A stretch of 64,000 nucleotides of DNA from Naegleria gruberi (lineage: Eukaryota). Shown piece after piece: positions 9,706 to 21,101 of this stretch. The position numbers and the translations under genes are program-made. Numbering within the stretch: the stretch's first letter is position 1; each line of letters opens with the position of its first letter. Location of the stretch: the NCBI GenBank assembly GCA_000004985.1, contig GG738855.1. One strand, written 5' to 3'. The notes beneath the pieces were generated by a model. It was not told where the DNA came from. It was given only the letters and a program-made list of their open reading frames with translations, and did not search any database.

Positions 9706-12342
9706 ATGCAACGATACCAACAGAGGATGGACAACAGGCAACAACCTTCTAAGGGACAACAACATCGCCGAACTCTGTATGAGGATGATGAGGAAAACAG
9801 TAGTAGTGCTGATGAGGATATTTATGATCGTATTGCCATTTTGGCCAAAGAATATGGAGAGGAATATGAAGATGATGAGGAAGAAGAGAATTCCTCCCTT
9901 ACTATGAGACGAAATTATCCAAAACACAAGAACATACCCGAAGATACTCCAACTTCAGAAACCAATGACCCTTTCTCGGAAGATGATAAAGAAGATTCTG
10001 AAGACCAACAGGAAATTCAAATGAAAGTTCAAACCAGAAAGGCATTAAAAGACTCTAAAAAGTTTCTCCATACCACGACCAGAAAAATGGAAAACAAGAT
10101 GAATATTTCTCATAACCAATCTGTATTATCAAATGCTCTATCAAAAGAAAAGAATGATCTTTATGAAGCAACAATTAATCAAATTACTAGTAAGGATAAT
10201 TGGATTTTGAGTACGAGTTTTGATAAGTGTTTTGAAAAGATTAGGAAACAAGTCATGTCCGATGTTTACAGTAGAGAGAAATCAAAGAACAGACCTATGG
10301 AAACATATTCAAGGAAACCTGTTGTTAGAACATCCCAAACCTCAAAAGGAAAAACAATCGAAAAGAAACCTGTTATACAACTTGTCACCAATTATGATGA
10401 CAAGCCTCTTCCTACAAATAATAGAAGAAATTATGATGATATTCCAATAAGACAACCAAAGCAACAAGAGCAACAGCCAATAGAATCAAAAGAGCCTCCA
10501 AAAAAGAAGCAACAAGAGCAAGCTCCCATTCCAACAACTCAAAAAGACAAGTCGAGAAGACAATCAAAACAAAAACCTATTAGTATTGAGCCATATGAAG
10601 CAACTGAATCGGAATTGAATGCTTTGGAAGGATTTTTTGGAAGTAAGAAGACTTTGAAAATTGTTAGTGTTGGTTCAGTATTTGTAAGGGTACAAAAGTT
10701 TTGGAGAGCCAACAGAAAGTACAACCGAAATAAGGCTGTCCTTGATTTGAGAGAAATGTGGAGAACTACAGTTTTTGAAATGGAACGAGCACAATATGAC
10801 CATTTAGACACCTCAGAGTACAAGAGACAATTGAAATACTTTGCTGCCCAATTCTGTAAGGAAATGCATCCTCAAAAACCTTTTACACCAGGTGGAAAGA
10901 AACCATCTTCAAAAGATAAGCATACCTTCCTACATAGAAAGCAACAGCCTGCATTCCTTAAGAATGTTAACAAGAAGAGGTCCCATTCTAAATCTTCTAC
11001 ACCTGCCACCCCACCTGATACACCAACACAACTAACACCAACAAATATTTCTCCTCCATCAAATGCATTCTCCACCCCCCTTAGATCTCCACCAACAAGA
11101 CCAAAAGAGGAGATTGAATTTACTCCTCCAATAAGCCAATCTCCTCGAAAAGATCCACAACAAAAACGACCTGTAGCTTCTAACGACGAAACACAATTTA
11201 CAACCCCTAAAAAGTCCAACGGTATGAGACGATCCTTATCTAGCAGAGTGTTCAGGTTGGAAACAAGAGCCAACATTGAAAATACTCCCCTCTCTGAACA
11301 AGAGGCCACCCCATTCAAAGAAGGACCAGAGCTTAATTTGACTTCAAATAGTGATTCAACTTCCATTCAACCTCTTCAACAGACCCCAAATAATATGAAA
11401 TCTAGCCCTAGAAATAGCCCAAGGAAGATGACACAAAAGCAAGTCTCCTCCCCAAACACTACCCTCAATCAATCTGAAAATAATACTACCATCATGTCAG
11501 AAGAAAAACAACCAAACAATAGCGTTCTCTCAACCCCAACTAAAAGTGTAACAAATGAAATTTCCCAAAACACATCATTGAATAATATAACAGTTTCCCC
11601 AATATTGAGAAAAGCACCACCACCACCTATTGAGGTAAAATTTTTGAATAGCAATGATAATGAGCAAGAGGATCCATATGAAGAAGACGATGAAATGGAA
11701 GGTTATAATGACAATCATGAAAATGATTATTCTGAACATTCAGACTCATTAATAGAGGATAACCAATTTGATAATGAGGATTCTGAGTTGATTGAAGAAT
11801 TAGAGCAAAGTTCCACACCTGAAAGAAGTACTGAGACAAAAAAGGCGGAAGAAACATCAGCCTCCTTGAATCGAGCAGAAGAGAATACAAACAACAACTC
11901 TAGCTCCCTCAACAATAATATTGAAAGATTCAGTCTTACCTACAGAGAAGAGGAAGTGAAGAAAAAAGCCGAAGCTCTCTACAATAGGACAACTGGAACC
12001 CTTAGCGATTTACTAAGTCCCAGAGGTCGACAATCCACGGAAATTGTTCAACCTGTCCCATCTAAGCAGCCAGAGGAAGACCCAAAACAAAGTGAAGTAA
12101 AGAGTGTGGAAAGAATCCTGGTGGAGGAAACCAATTTGTCCATTTCCTCACATGGAAGTAGTGTAGAAAAGGTACCGAAACCACCTTCCCGAAAGCCACC
12201 ACAACCAACTCTTTCCTTAGAAGAATCTATGGAAAGAGATAGAACAAGATTTGCCGAGTTGGAAAACTTATGTTTTTCAGTAGATGAATCTTCTATTATT
12301 TATCAATTCGATAAGGAGTTTGTGTATAATGGATTACAATAG
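9706..12342 (+). CDS. Low-complexity S/T/P/E-rich protein with an IQ-like basic motif. Function unknown.
   Basis: Continuous 878 aa ORF. It has acidic DEEE stretches and many S/T/P/Q runs. One segment, VRVQKFWRANRKYNRNKAV, resembles an IQ calmodulin-binding motif. No other domain is recognised. Confidence 0.45.
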   Translation: MQRYQQRMDNRQQPSKGQQHRRTLYEDDEENSSSADEDIYDRIAILAKEYGEEYEDDEEEENSSLTMRRNYPKHKNIPEDTPTSETNDPFSEDDKEDSEDQQEIQMKVQTRKALKDSKKFLHTTTRKMENKMNISHNQSVLSNALSKEKNDLYEATINQITSKDNWILSTSFDKCFEKIRKQVMSDVYSREKSKNRPMETYSRKPVVRTSQTSKGKTIEKKPVIQLVTNYDDKPLPTNNRRNYDDIPIRQPKQQEQQPIESKEPPKKKQQEQAPIPTTQKDKSRRQSKQKPISIEPYEATESELNALEGFFGSKKTLKIVSVGSVFVRVQKFWRANRKYNRNKAVLDLREMWRTTVFEMERAQYDHLDTSEYKRQLKYFAAQFCKEMHPQKPFTPGGKKPSSKDKHTFLHRKQQPAFLKNVNKKRSHSKSSTPATPPDTPTQLTPTNISPPSNAFSTPLRSPPTRPKEEIEFTPPISQSPRKDPQQKRPVASNDETQFTTPKKSNGMRRSLSSRVFRLETRANIENTPLSEQEATPFKEGPELNLTSNSDSTSIQPLQQTPNNMKSSPRNSPRKMTQKQVSSPNTTLNQSENNTTIMSEEKQPNNSVLSTPTKSVTNEISQNTSLNNITVSPILRKAPPPPIEVKFLNSNDNEQEDPYEEDDEMEGYNDNHENDYSEHSDSLIEDNQFDNEDSELIEELEQSSTPERSTETKKAEETSASLNRAEENTNNNSSSLNNNIERFSLTYREEEVKKKAEALYNRTTGTLSDLLSPRGRQSTEIVQPVPSKQPEEDPKQSEVKSVERILVEETNLSISSHGSSVEKVPKPPSRKPPQPTLSLEESMERDRTRFAELENLCFSVDESSIIYQFDKEFVYNGLQ

Positions 12343-13172
12343 TTCAACAACTTGTTTCTTCAATTACATTATCTATTTAAACAGATAAACTGCAGAAAAG
12401 ATTATGTGCCTCTTTAATAGCGCGGTTTACAATACAAAACAGAGAACTACAACACCAAAACTTGAAATATCCACCTCAAAAACGAAACTGACTAAAAAAC
12501 ATGGTAATATTTCTGTTTGACTAATTCAAGGTATTTTCCTCCCTTCTTAATTCTCGCATCAACTCATTATGCTTGATTCTCTTTCCATAATTTGAATCGT
12601 ACAATGAGCCATCTAGATTTTCATGATTTGCAATTGATACTCGCTAATGCTGTGCCCAAATGCAAAACCTAGTTGTTCTATTTAACTGACTCATTATTGT
12701 TTTTGAACACGATTTATCATGTAAAGAAACAATGCCGGTTCAATTGTACCCAATCCTCTTCTACAAAGTCAACTCTTTACTCCATCCATCATTGGTATTA
12801 AAAACAAATAACGCCAAAGAGGTAAGTCAATCCCCGATCCAATACAAAACACTCAACGGCCATTCACCAAATAAGAAAATGGTAAGGCATTTTTGATACC
12901 CTCTCAACATTTTCAGAGAGCAAACCTATAGAGTTAGCATGAATATCACAAAACATTCTCTCCCAATACAACACATCAAAAAAAACAAAATTCATTACGA
13001 CGATTGTTGCTGCTTCTTTGCTGAGATACGTTCACTAGTCTGTACCTGTATTTCTGCTGCGCGCTCACCACCTTGTAATACTGCTCAACCAAATTTTGCG
13101 TCATACATATTTCATTACTACTAGTGCCAAATATCAGATAATTCAAATATCATTATCCAAGTCCTCCATATA

Positions 13173-16100
13173 TTGAAAATGGTGCGTCAGATAAATAACT
13201 CTAAAGTATATACCAGCAATGATTCCTCCTCCTCTTCATTGTCGTCGTCATCATCATCTCTAAAGAAACTGCTCATTGCAATGTTTCAAATCCTTCTAGT
13301 ACTCTTTCTCATCACACAACACGAAGAAGTGAAAGGACAAATCTTTCCTCTGGTTGCCGAATCATCAATTTATAAGAATGCCATTATTATGCCTCCTCCT
13401 ACATCAAAGTTTGAACCTAAATTTGCTTTACAATGGGAAGAAATAACAAGTGCTTCAACAATTTCCACCAATTATTTAAATTTCCACTCCCAGTGTGCTC
13501 TAGGTACTGATAAAATTGTAAAAACATCAGATATTGACAATATCAATAATAATTTAAATAATGGGTTAAAGGTAATCAAATGGAAATTAACAGTTGGTGT
13601 GGGTAGCAATTTTCATAATGCATTGTTCGGATTTTCTGATGGTTCTGCAAATGGTTGGACTAAAATGAAGAATGTCATGTCAAACAATGCTGCCTATTCC
13701 TCTACAGTTAATGGTAAATGGAGTACTAGCAGTTCAACTACCAGTTTCAAGACAAATTTCTATTCCTCTCTTGTTTATCCACCACAGGTTTATAGATTTG
13801 ATAAGGGAGAAGTTAATACTAGACCAAATTTACAAGGATATGCTTCAATGTCATCACTCAACATGACTTTCTATGACATGTTCTCAGGATCAAAACTCTT
13901 GTATAACAATCAAGCTTTCCTATCTAGTAATAGTAAGAATGCGTTGCCATTAGTAATTTCGGGAGATCTTATTGATGCTATGTATAATTCTGATCCAAGT
14001 AATGCGACCATTGCTAAAATAGCTTCTATTCGTGAAGGTTTTAGAAATGAAGATGACCTTTCCTATCTATATGGACCTGATGGTACTAGTTCTATTGGTG
14101 GTTTTTTAAGAAGTCGTTCTCAATCTAATTGGACAGATATGTCTTCTACACCTTCTGATTTTGTTGTTCTATCCAGTTATGAGAATTATGTTTATGGTAC
14201 TGACTTTTATTTCACAACCACTAATTGCTTTAATGATTTGGTCAATAGCAATTCAACAAGTGGAAATGAATTATACTTTTTCGTTTCCCTTTTCAATTAT
14301 TACACACTTCTTAGTAGCAAGTTTAGTTCTAGAATTGACAATTCCTACAATAACAATGTCTTGAAGATGTTCCTTGCTTTTAACATGACACAATTATTGA
14401 CTACTCCAAATGGAAACAAAATGTTTCCAACCATGATGCAAAGTTCATCATCTGCTACTACTCCTTCATTCAAGGATTCTACAGCAAGATATTTCATTTC
14501 AGAATTCCATTACAATACTCTTACTACTTATCAACAATTGAGATATTTGAGAACTACTCACGTTTTCTTCTATGGTTTGATTATTATGACCATTCTCTTC
14601 ATGTTTAGAAAGCAACAACCTGTCAAGTCCAGATTTATGATCAACGCTTCTGTATGTGGTGTTGCTATTTTCTATGGTCTCTTTGGTATTATCATGGCTG
14701 CTGCAGTTCCAGATTATGACGGTATTGTAAGTGCTGCTGAAGTTTTATTCTACTTGGTCTTGGGTTTCTTATACGTCTTGTCTGCTGTTAGATATTTCTT
14801 CTCCAGAAATTTGTATAGAACTATGAGAATTAACTTCTCAAAGGAAAAGAAAAAGAAGGAAAAGAAAGATTCTGATACTTTTGAAGAAAAGCAATTGAAA
14901 TTGCTTAGATTGTTGGCTAATTTGGCTTCATGGAAAGTTTTCCTTGTTGGTGTTATTGCAGTAGTAGTTTTAATTGCTGGTCTTTCCATTTTCATTTTGG
15001 TTTCTATTTTGACTGGTGCTGCTGATAATTTCACTGTTTCAATTTCACAAGTCGCTACCTATGTCAAGTTGGCTGGTTTGTTGGGCTTGGTCTTTCCTAC
15101 TGCTATTATTTCTATCATTCTTGATGCTAGTATCAATTTTAAGAGAATCTTCAGAAAGGGTGGTCTTAAATGGTATCTCATTCAAGATGACCCTCTCTTA
15201 TTTAGAGCCGAATTTGCTGTCTTTATACCAACTGTTTGTTTGGGTGTTTTACTCTTTGGATTGGATCAATTTTACAATGGTTTACCTTGGTGGGATTTGG
15301 AGCAAAAAGCTGCCACTTATCTTGGTCACGGTTTAGTCTATACTGTATTTGAAGTTTCACTTCTCTTGTTAGGTTGTGGTGGTTTCATTGTCATTGTCCA
15401 AACAATTCAAACAGTTCGTATCGCCATCCGTAGAGGTTCACTTTTTGATAAGTCTGATACCGATGTCAGTAAATCCAAATCAGGAGGATTAGGTCTTGGT
15501 GAGAAGACTGAATTTGAACTCTTTATGGAAAGTGTTGAAGCAAGAGCCGTCTTGAAACAATATTGTGAAAGCGAATTTTCATTGGAAAATTACTTGCTTT
15601 TCGAATTGGTAGAAGATTTGCACAAACTTGTGCTCATTGAACAGACTCAAGGTGTTTTACAGGAACCTGTCGCCAAACCAAAACCAAAGCAATTATTAAC
15701 TGTTCAACATTCAAATTCTTTCAGAATGAGTGGTGATTTCAATGGGGCATCTCCTTCTGGTCTTCAACCTAACACTACCACAAATAGTGGAGCTCCAACA
15801 ACTATTACCCCAAATGGATTGTTAAATCCAGCTGATAACACTTCAATGACTACATCATTTACTTCATCTGGTTCAGAGGTTGTCTTTTTGAATAATGAAG
15901 ATCCAACTTCACCAACCAGTCCATCGACAATTTCAGAGCCATACTCTCCTTCTAAATTATCAACAAACGGACCAAACAAGGAAAAGGATAAGAATAAGGG
16001 ACCAGGTGATGTAACCCTCCAAATTGATAGAATGATTGTCAAGATTTTAAAGACATACTTGAGTGAAAACTCTGTTTTGGAAGTCAACTTACCAAACACA

Positions 16101-16382
16101 ACTCGTAAACAAGTTTTACATGCCTTCCGTAAACGTGTCTATCCAGATGACATGTCTAAGACAGGAAGTGCTTCTGGCTCAAAGAATTTTGATAAATCAC
16201 CAAGATCTCAAAGACCAGATACAGACAAGAAACCAGAATCAATTGACGTTGAAATTTTGGCAATTTTGAAACAAGATGTATGGTTGAATTTGAAAGATAC
16301 TTTTGGTAGATTGCAATTGACAAACGAATATCAATTGTTAAAGAAGAAACAAGCTTTGGAAAAGGAATTGAACGTTGTATAA
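13173..16382 (+). CDS. Receptor-like protein: signal peptide, ~460 aa ectodomain, seven TM helices and a C-terminal RGS (regulator of G-protein signalling) domain.
   Basis: The N-terminal hydrophobic LLIAMFQILLVLFLIT follows a poly-Ser tract. Seven hydrophobic helices are present (HVFFYGLIIMTILFMF, MINASVCGVAIFYGLFGIIMAAAV, VLFYLVLGFLYVLSAV, VFLVGVIAVVVLIAGLSIFILVSIL, LAGLLGLVFPTAIISIIL, FAVFIPTVCLGVLLFGL, LVYTVFEVSLLLLGCGGFIVIV). The RGS-box signature is FELFMESVEARAVLKQYCESEFSLENYLLFELVEDLHKL ... MIVKILKTYLSENSVLEVNL. Confidence 0.65.
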   Translation: MKMVRQINNSKVYTSNDSSSSSLSSSSSSLKKLLIAMFQILLVLFLITQHEEVKGQIFPLVAESSIYKNAIIMPPPTSKFEPKFALQWEEITSASTISTNYLNFHSQCALGTDKIVKTSDIDNINNNLNNGLKVIKWKLTVGVGSNFHNALFGFSDGSANGWTKMKNVMSNNAAYSSTVNGKWSTSSSTTSFKTNFYSSLVYPPQVYRFDKGEVNTRPNLQGYASMSSLNMTFYDMFSGSKLLYNNQAFLSSNSKNALPLVISGDLIDAMYNSDPSNATIAKIASIREGFRNEDDLSYLYGPDGTSSIGGFLRSRSQSNWTDMSSTPSDFVVLSSYENYVYGTDFYFTTTNCFNDLVNSNSTSGNELYFFVSLFNYYTLLSSKFSSRIDNSYNNNVLKMFLAFNMTQLLTTPNGNKMFPTMMQSSSSATTPSFKDSTARYFISEFHYNTLTTYQQLRYLRTTHVFFYGLIIMTILFMFRKQQPVKSRFMINASVCGVAIFYGLFGIIMAAAVPDYDGIVSAAEVLFYLVLGFLYVLSAVRYFFSRNLYRTMRINFSKEKKKKEKKDSDTFEEKQLKLLRLLANLASWKVFLVGVIAVVVLIAGLSIFILVSILTGAADNFTVSISQVATYVKLAGLLGLVFPTAIISIILDASINFKRIFRKGGLKWYLIQDDPLLFRAEFAVFIPTVCLGVLLFGLDQFYNGLPWWDLEQKAATYLGHGLVYTVFEVSLLLLGCGGFIVIVQTIQTVRIAIRRGSLFDKSDTDVSKSKSGGLGLGEKTEFELFMESVEARAVLKQYCESEFSLENYLLFELVEDLHKLVLIEQTQGVLQEPVAKPKPKQLLTVQHSNSFRMSGDFNGASPSGLQPNTTTNSGAPTTITPNGLLNPADNTSMTTSFTSSGSEVVFLNNEDPTSPTSPSTISEPYSPSKLSTNGPNKEKDKNKGPGDVTLQIDRMIVKILKTYLSENSVLEVNLPNTTRKQVLHAFRKRVYPDDMSKTGSASGSKNFDKSPRSQRPDTDKKPESIDVEILAILKQDVWLNLKDTFGRLQLTNEYQLLKKKQALEKELNVV

Positions 16383-16510
16383 TTTTTTGCAAATTTCATA
16401 AAGTTTCATTTTGTTAAATTTGTGTCTTAATAGTAATTAATGAAACGAATTTGGCAATTAAATAATAAATTTATTTTCAAATTACCAATTTTAAGAAATC
16501 TTTTAAAAAA

Positions 16511-17825
16511 TTATTTACAAGAATTCTTAATATAAGGTCCAGAATATTCAATAGTTGGTTGTCTCAACATTTGAGAAGTGGATCCAACAACATATAAATA
16601 ATATTCAATAAAACATTGAATCATGCTCAATGCACCACAATCCAATGGATCAACCTTGATTGAAATTTCATATTGAACTGGTCCCATACTCAATTGATCC
16701 TTTGTAACAAGGAATTGAACCCAAGGAGTGAAAGAAATTGATTTACCAGTCTCTGCAACAATATGCTTGGTCTTTTTCTCTCTAACTTGCAAGATGAAAT
16801 TCTTGGCATAGATGGCAGGAGAGGCCAAAATTGTGACATATTGAGGTTCAGCAACATTGACAGTATAAACATCAGCTTGCAATGAACCAATACTAGCAAC
16901 CATGAAACTAGTATCCAATTTACCAGCAGCAGATAATTCCATAGCTCTTGACTTGGAATAATCTTCAAAAAGTGGCCATTGAACAGTTGTTTTAGAATCC
17001 CAAGCAACTTTGAGTGAAGTTTGAATATTACCCTTGGAATCAACATAATCTCCATTATCATTCTTTTGATAATTATGAATACCCATCATACCAAGAGGAC
17101 CCAAAGGACCTAATGGACCCAAAGGACTGTAATTGTACAATTATAATTATATTGTAAAAATTTCAATATAGTTACAATATCAACTTACCCCAAAGGACCC
17201 AAAACAGACCAAACACCCAAACCTTGCATGTGCTTGGTAAGATCATTAATCAAAGGCATTACCTTATAGTAAGCATCACCCAAAGGTCCAGCATTTGAAA
17301 GTGGATTTTGAACATTGTCAGTCATTAAAAATTTAAAACTATCCAAACTTGAACTACCCATGATTTGTTTAGTAAAATCTTGCATAATTTTAACAACACC
17401 GTTAGGACTAGGAATCTCGTGTGAAAGTGGTCCCAAAGAAGCCAATGGTCTATCAAAATTAATTTTAAATTTAATTTTTAAAAATGGTCAATTCACACAC
17501 ATTTCAATAATTTAATTCCACCCGATTGTAATCCACAAAGATAAACTTACCCAGATGCACCCAAAGGACCAGCCCATCCCAAACAACTCATAGCATTAAT
17601 ATATAAATCACATGTTCCAGTAGGTCCTGGACAAACCTTTGGTGCAGGTGAAACAAAACTTCCATAAAAAGTTCCAGAAAGTGAGGCAATAGAATCGGAA
17701 GAAGTGTAACGGTAACATGTTTTAGATGCGGACAAGGGGTTTCTTGATCTTGCTTGATGACTTGGAAGTGTCAAGCAAGCTATCAATAAGAAAACTGCTA
17801 AAATGTAGACAGTGGCAGTTGACAT
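16511..17825 (-). CDS. Secreted protein with short collagen-like Gly-Pro-Leu triplet runs. Three exons (17557..17825 approximately, 17189..17460 approximately, 16511..17140) with two GTAAGT...AG introns.
   Basis: Exon 1 begins with a signal peptide MSTATVYILAVFLLIACLTLPS and ends ...LGWAGPLGASG. Exon 2 is PLASLGPLSHE...VLGPLG. Exon 3 begins SPLGPLGPLGPLGMMG and continues into a roughly 190 aa globular C-terminal domain. Both introns are AT-rich with GTAAGT donors and AG acceptors, and they fall at the GPLG repeat boundaries. Confidence 0.55.
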
Positions 17826-18096
17826 TTTTTTTTAAGATGATGTTTCAGGTTTGACATGAAGTAGCCACCTTCATTTGGAGCGATTTCCATTACAGAAATT
17901 GGTTTTTTCGCGTTTTTTCAAAGTGTGTCACCAACAACAAAGCGAATAACCCTTTCGAACAGTAAATACGAATCATTCTGTTGTAAAGTGAATTTGATTC
18001 CTCTGATGTGCACTCTCAACTGTTACCCCTGTTGTATCGAATATTAATATTGGACTATACATATTGTTTAATTATTTGTAAAGGAGTATTAAAAAA

Positions 18097-21050
18097 ATGC
18101 GAAATCTTCTCTTCATTCCATTAGCATCAAAACAAGGCACAGTTAGTGATAGTGATCAGAAGAACAATGAATTCATCATTCAATCATGTGAATGGTCGCT
18201 CTCCCTTGTAAATTATCGGAACGGAAGAGATTTGATGAAAAATCATATTGATCAAGAATTAATTCCCGAATTTACAAATGATGAAACTCTTGAGGTAAGC
18301 TTAATAAAATTTAAGTATATATGTAATGATGGTTGTATGGTGATGATGATGATGGTGGTTAGAAAAGTCAATATGAAAATATTAAATTTAATCATGATGG
18401 AATTTCAAATACGGTTCATATGATTTTGTATGATGATCATCATAACCATGATGTTGATCATCGGATTGGAAATCCATATTATAGATTTGAAGAGTTGAAA
18501 CAATTGTGGATTGGAAATTCCGATTGGAAGATGGAATGTAAGATTAAAGTAAATAGTAAGAATCAGAGAGCAATGTTTTTGGTATTTGAAGGTGTGGACA
18601 CAGTCGCAGATATCAAGATAAAAAGAAATGATAATGGACAAGTAGTTGTATTGGAAAAACAGGTAGATAATATGTTTCAATACTATGCATTGGATGTTTC
18701 TAAATGCTTGAGTGGATGTGATGAGTTTTCCATTGAGGTTTTATTGAAATCAGCTCTACAGGAATGCAGGGAACGATTGCAAAGACATTATGAAGAGGAA
18801 CAGTATGAAATTCCTTGCCCTTCCTACACTCGAGATTTCCACACAAGAGGAAGGAATTTTCTGAGAAAGGAGGGATGTTCATTTGGATGGGATTGGGCTC
18901 CTTGTTTTGCCACTTCTGGCCTTCACAGACCTTGTTACTTGGTTGTTTCATCCAATGAAGTGGAATATTCCTCTTTCATTAAGGATGTGGCTGTATTTCA
19001 GAGGGATTTTAAATTTAATAGAGTTGGATCTGTGACTTGTGAATCTCTGAATGCAAATGTAAAAGTTTACTTGCACGGAAATTATTTGAATTATCAGGAT
19101 TTGAGAAAGGATATCAATTCCATTCAATGGAAATTGCATAAGGAAGGTTTCGAATTAACTAATACAGTAACTGAATGGATGATTTCAAAAGATGAAGAGT
19201 TGGAAAATACTTTTATTATAACCTTTGCAATTGAATCTTTGAAAGATGTTGAATTGTGGTATCCTAATGGTTATGGATCTCAAGCACTGTACAATTTTGA
19301 AATAATAATTGATGGACCAAATGCTCAATCCAAATCCACCAATCTCGGATTTAGAAAAGTAGAGTTGGATACTTCTAAAGATGAATTTGGAGAGAAATTC
19401 CAATTCAAAGTAAATGAAATTCCCATCTATGCCAAGGGAAGTAACTGGATTCCTACCGACTGTTTCTCTTCACGTTCCATGAAAGGAAAAGATCACCTGG
19501 AATTCCTCTTGAAGAGTGCACACGATTGCCACATGAATTGTATGAGAGTTTGGGGAGGTGGTCAATATGAATCAGAGCATTTCTATAACTTGTGCGATAA
19601 GTATGGTATTCTGTTGTGGCATGACTTGATGTTTGCATGTTCTCTGTATCCATCTTCTCCTGAGTTTCTGGAGACTTGTCGTGTAGAGGCAGTTCAACAA
19701 TTGAGAAGATTACAGCATCATCCATGCATTGCTCTGTATGCAGGAAATAACGAGAATGAGGAAGCTCTCCTTTCTTGGCCAGAATGTATTGAATCTCCTC
19801 ACAAACAACGACTCTTTGTCGATTATCATAAGCTCTATTATGATACTCTGCATAGAGTAGTATCGAAGGAGGATAACTCGAGACCTTATTGGCCTAGCAG
19901 CCCATCGAATGGTATCATGAAGTATGGCAATCCTCAAGATCTCACTAGAGGTGACGCTCATTATTGGAGGGTGTGGCACGGAGGAAAATCATTTGATAAT
20001 TATCTCACTGTAACTCCAAGATTTAGTTCAGAATTTGGATTTCAATCATTGCCAAGTTATGAATCTTTAATTCCATTCATTAATGATCCCAACTCGCTAG
20101 ATCAATCACAAGATGCTAACATCTCCTCTCCAGTGATGGAATTCAGACAGAGAAGCTATATGGTAGGAAATAAGTGTATTTTGGAACATGTATCTAGAGA
20201 ATTTAGATTCCCAAAGAGCTTCAAAGAACTGGTGTACATTTCTCAAATCTTACAAGGTCTCTCTATCAAGACAGCATGTGAACACTGGAGAAGACAAAGC
20301 AAGATTTGTTCTGGTGTCTTGTATTGGCAATTGAATGATGCTTGGGTTGGAAACTCTTGGTCAAGTTTGGAGTGGAACGGAAAGTGGAAACTTTTACAAT
20401 ATTATGCAAGAGATTTTCTAGCACCTTCACTATTGTCTTGTGTGGAAAATAAGGAGAATGCTTGTCTGGATATTTGGTTCACTACAGATTCATTACAATC
20501 CCTGAAATTGAGCAAGTTAACAATTGAATTGATTTCCTTTGGGAATGGTACACAATTACTCAAAAAGGTAATTGATATTGAGAAGCAAGTTGCAGAAGCA
20601 TCTAGCCAAATAATTTATTCGCTAGACATTAAGGAAGTTGAAAAGAGTAGAACTAAAGGATTTTTGAAATTCAAATTGGATGTAACAGGTCAAGAATCAA
20701 TTGCCAATTACCATTTCCTGACAGAGTTGAAAAAGGCCACTCTCAACTATAGTCCTGTGCGTGTTGCATCTCTTGTGGAGGACGATACCAATACCTTTCT
20801 GGAAATGGAATTGGAATGTGGATCTACTGCACCATCGTTATTTACCTACATTGTTATTGAGAATGACAGTCAAGATACCACCTCTAAAACCTCTCTCGAA
20901 TTTGATTTGGATCATTTGAGTGATAATGGTTTCCATCTTATGCCAGGAGAAGTGAAGAAGATTACCATTCACAAGAGACCTAGTTGGAGAGGCACCTCGT
21001 CTCAATACGCACCACTCATTCATATTATGAATTTGAGAGATAGTTATTAA
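18097..21050 (+). CDS. Beta-mannosidase (glycoside hydrolase family 2), two exons: 18097..18294 and 18363..21050, separated by a 68 nt GTAAGC...TAG intron.
   Basis: NPYYRFEELKQLWIGNSDW, ILEGVDTV-like VFEGVDTVADIKI and the block KGSNWIPTDCFSSR...HMNCMRVWGGGQYESEHFYNLCDKYGILLWHDLMFACSLYP...HPCIALYAGNNENEEAL all match lysosomal beta-mannosidase (MANBA). Exon 1 is 66 codons and ends ...NDETLE, followed by a GTAAGC donor. The frame re-joins after GGTTAG. Confidence 0.8.
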
Positions 21051-21101
21051 CAGACTGTCATGTATGTACATTACAAATAAATTTAAATGAATAAATTAAA
21101 T

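Noticed and set aside
10872-11366. 164 aa minus-strand ORF inside the 9706..12342 gene (and similar antisense ORFs at 7886..8197, 26608..26889, 33383..34117, 40589..41137, 15764..16099)
   Set aside because: They lie antisense to well-supported long CDSs. Most begin with non-ATG alternative starts from the ORF caller and have no domain signal. They are typical of spurious frames in codon-biased sequence.
12343-13172. An ~830 bp non-coding stretch with relatively high GC (~38%) as a possible ncRNA or hidden gene
   Set aside because: There is no ORF longer than 60 codons, no recognisable RNA structure motif and no repeats. It is most simply the 3'UTR/promoter region between two same-strand genes, so I did not call a feature.
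18295-18423. Tail of ORF 18097..18423 (…VSLIKFKYICNDGCMVMMMMVVRKVNMKILNLIMMEFQIRFI)
   Set aside because: This is read-through into the intron after the GTAAGC donor at 18295. Homology to beta-mannosidase resumes in a different frame at 18363.
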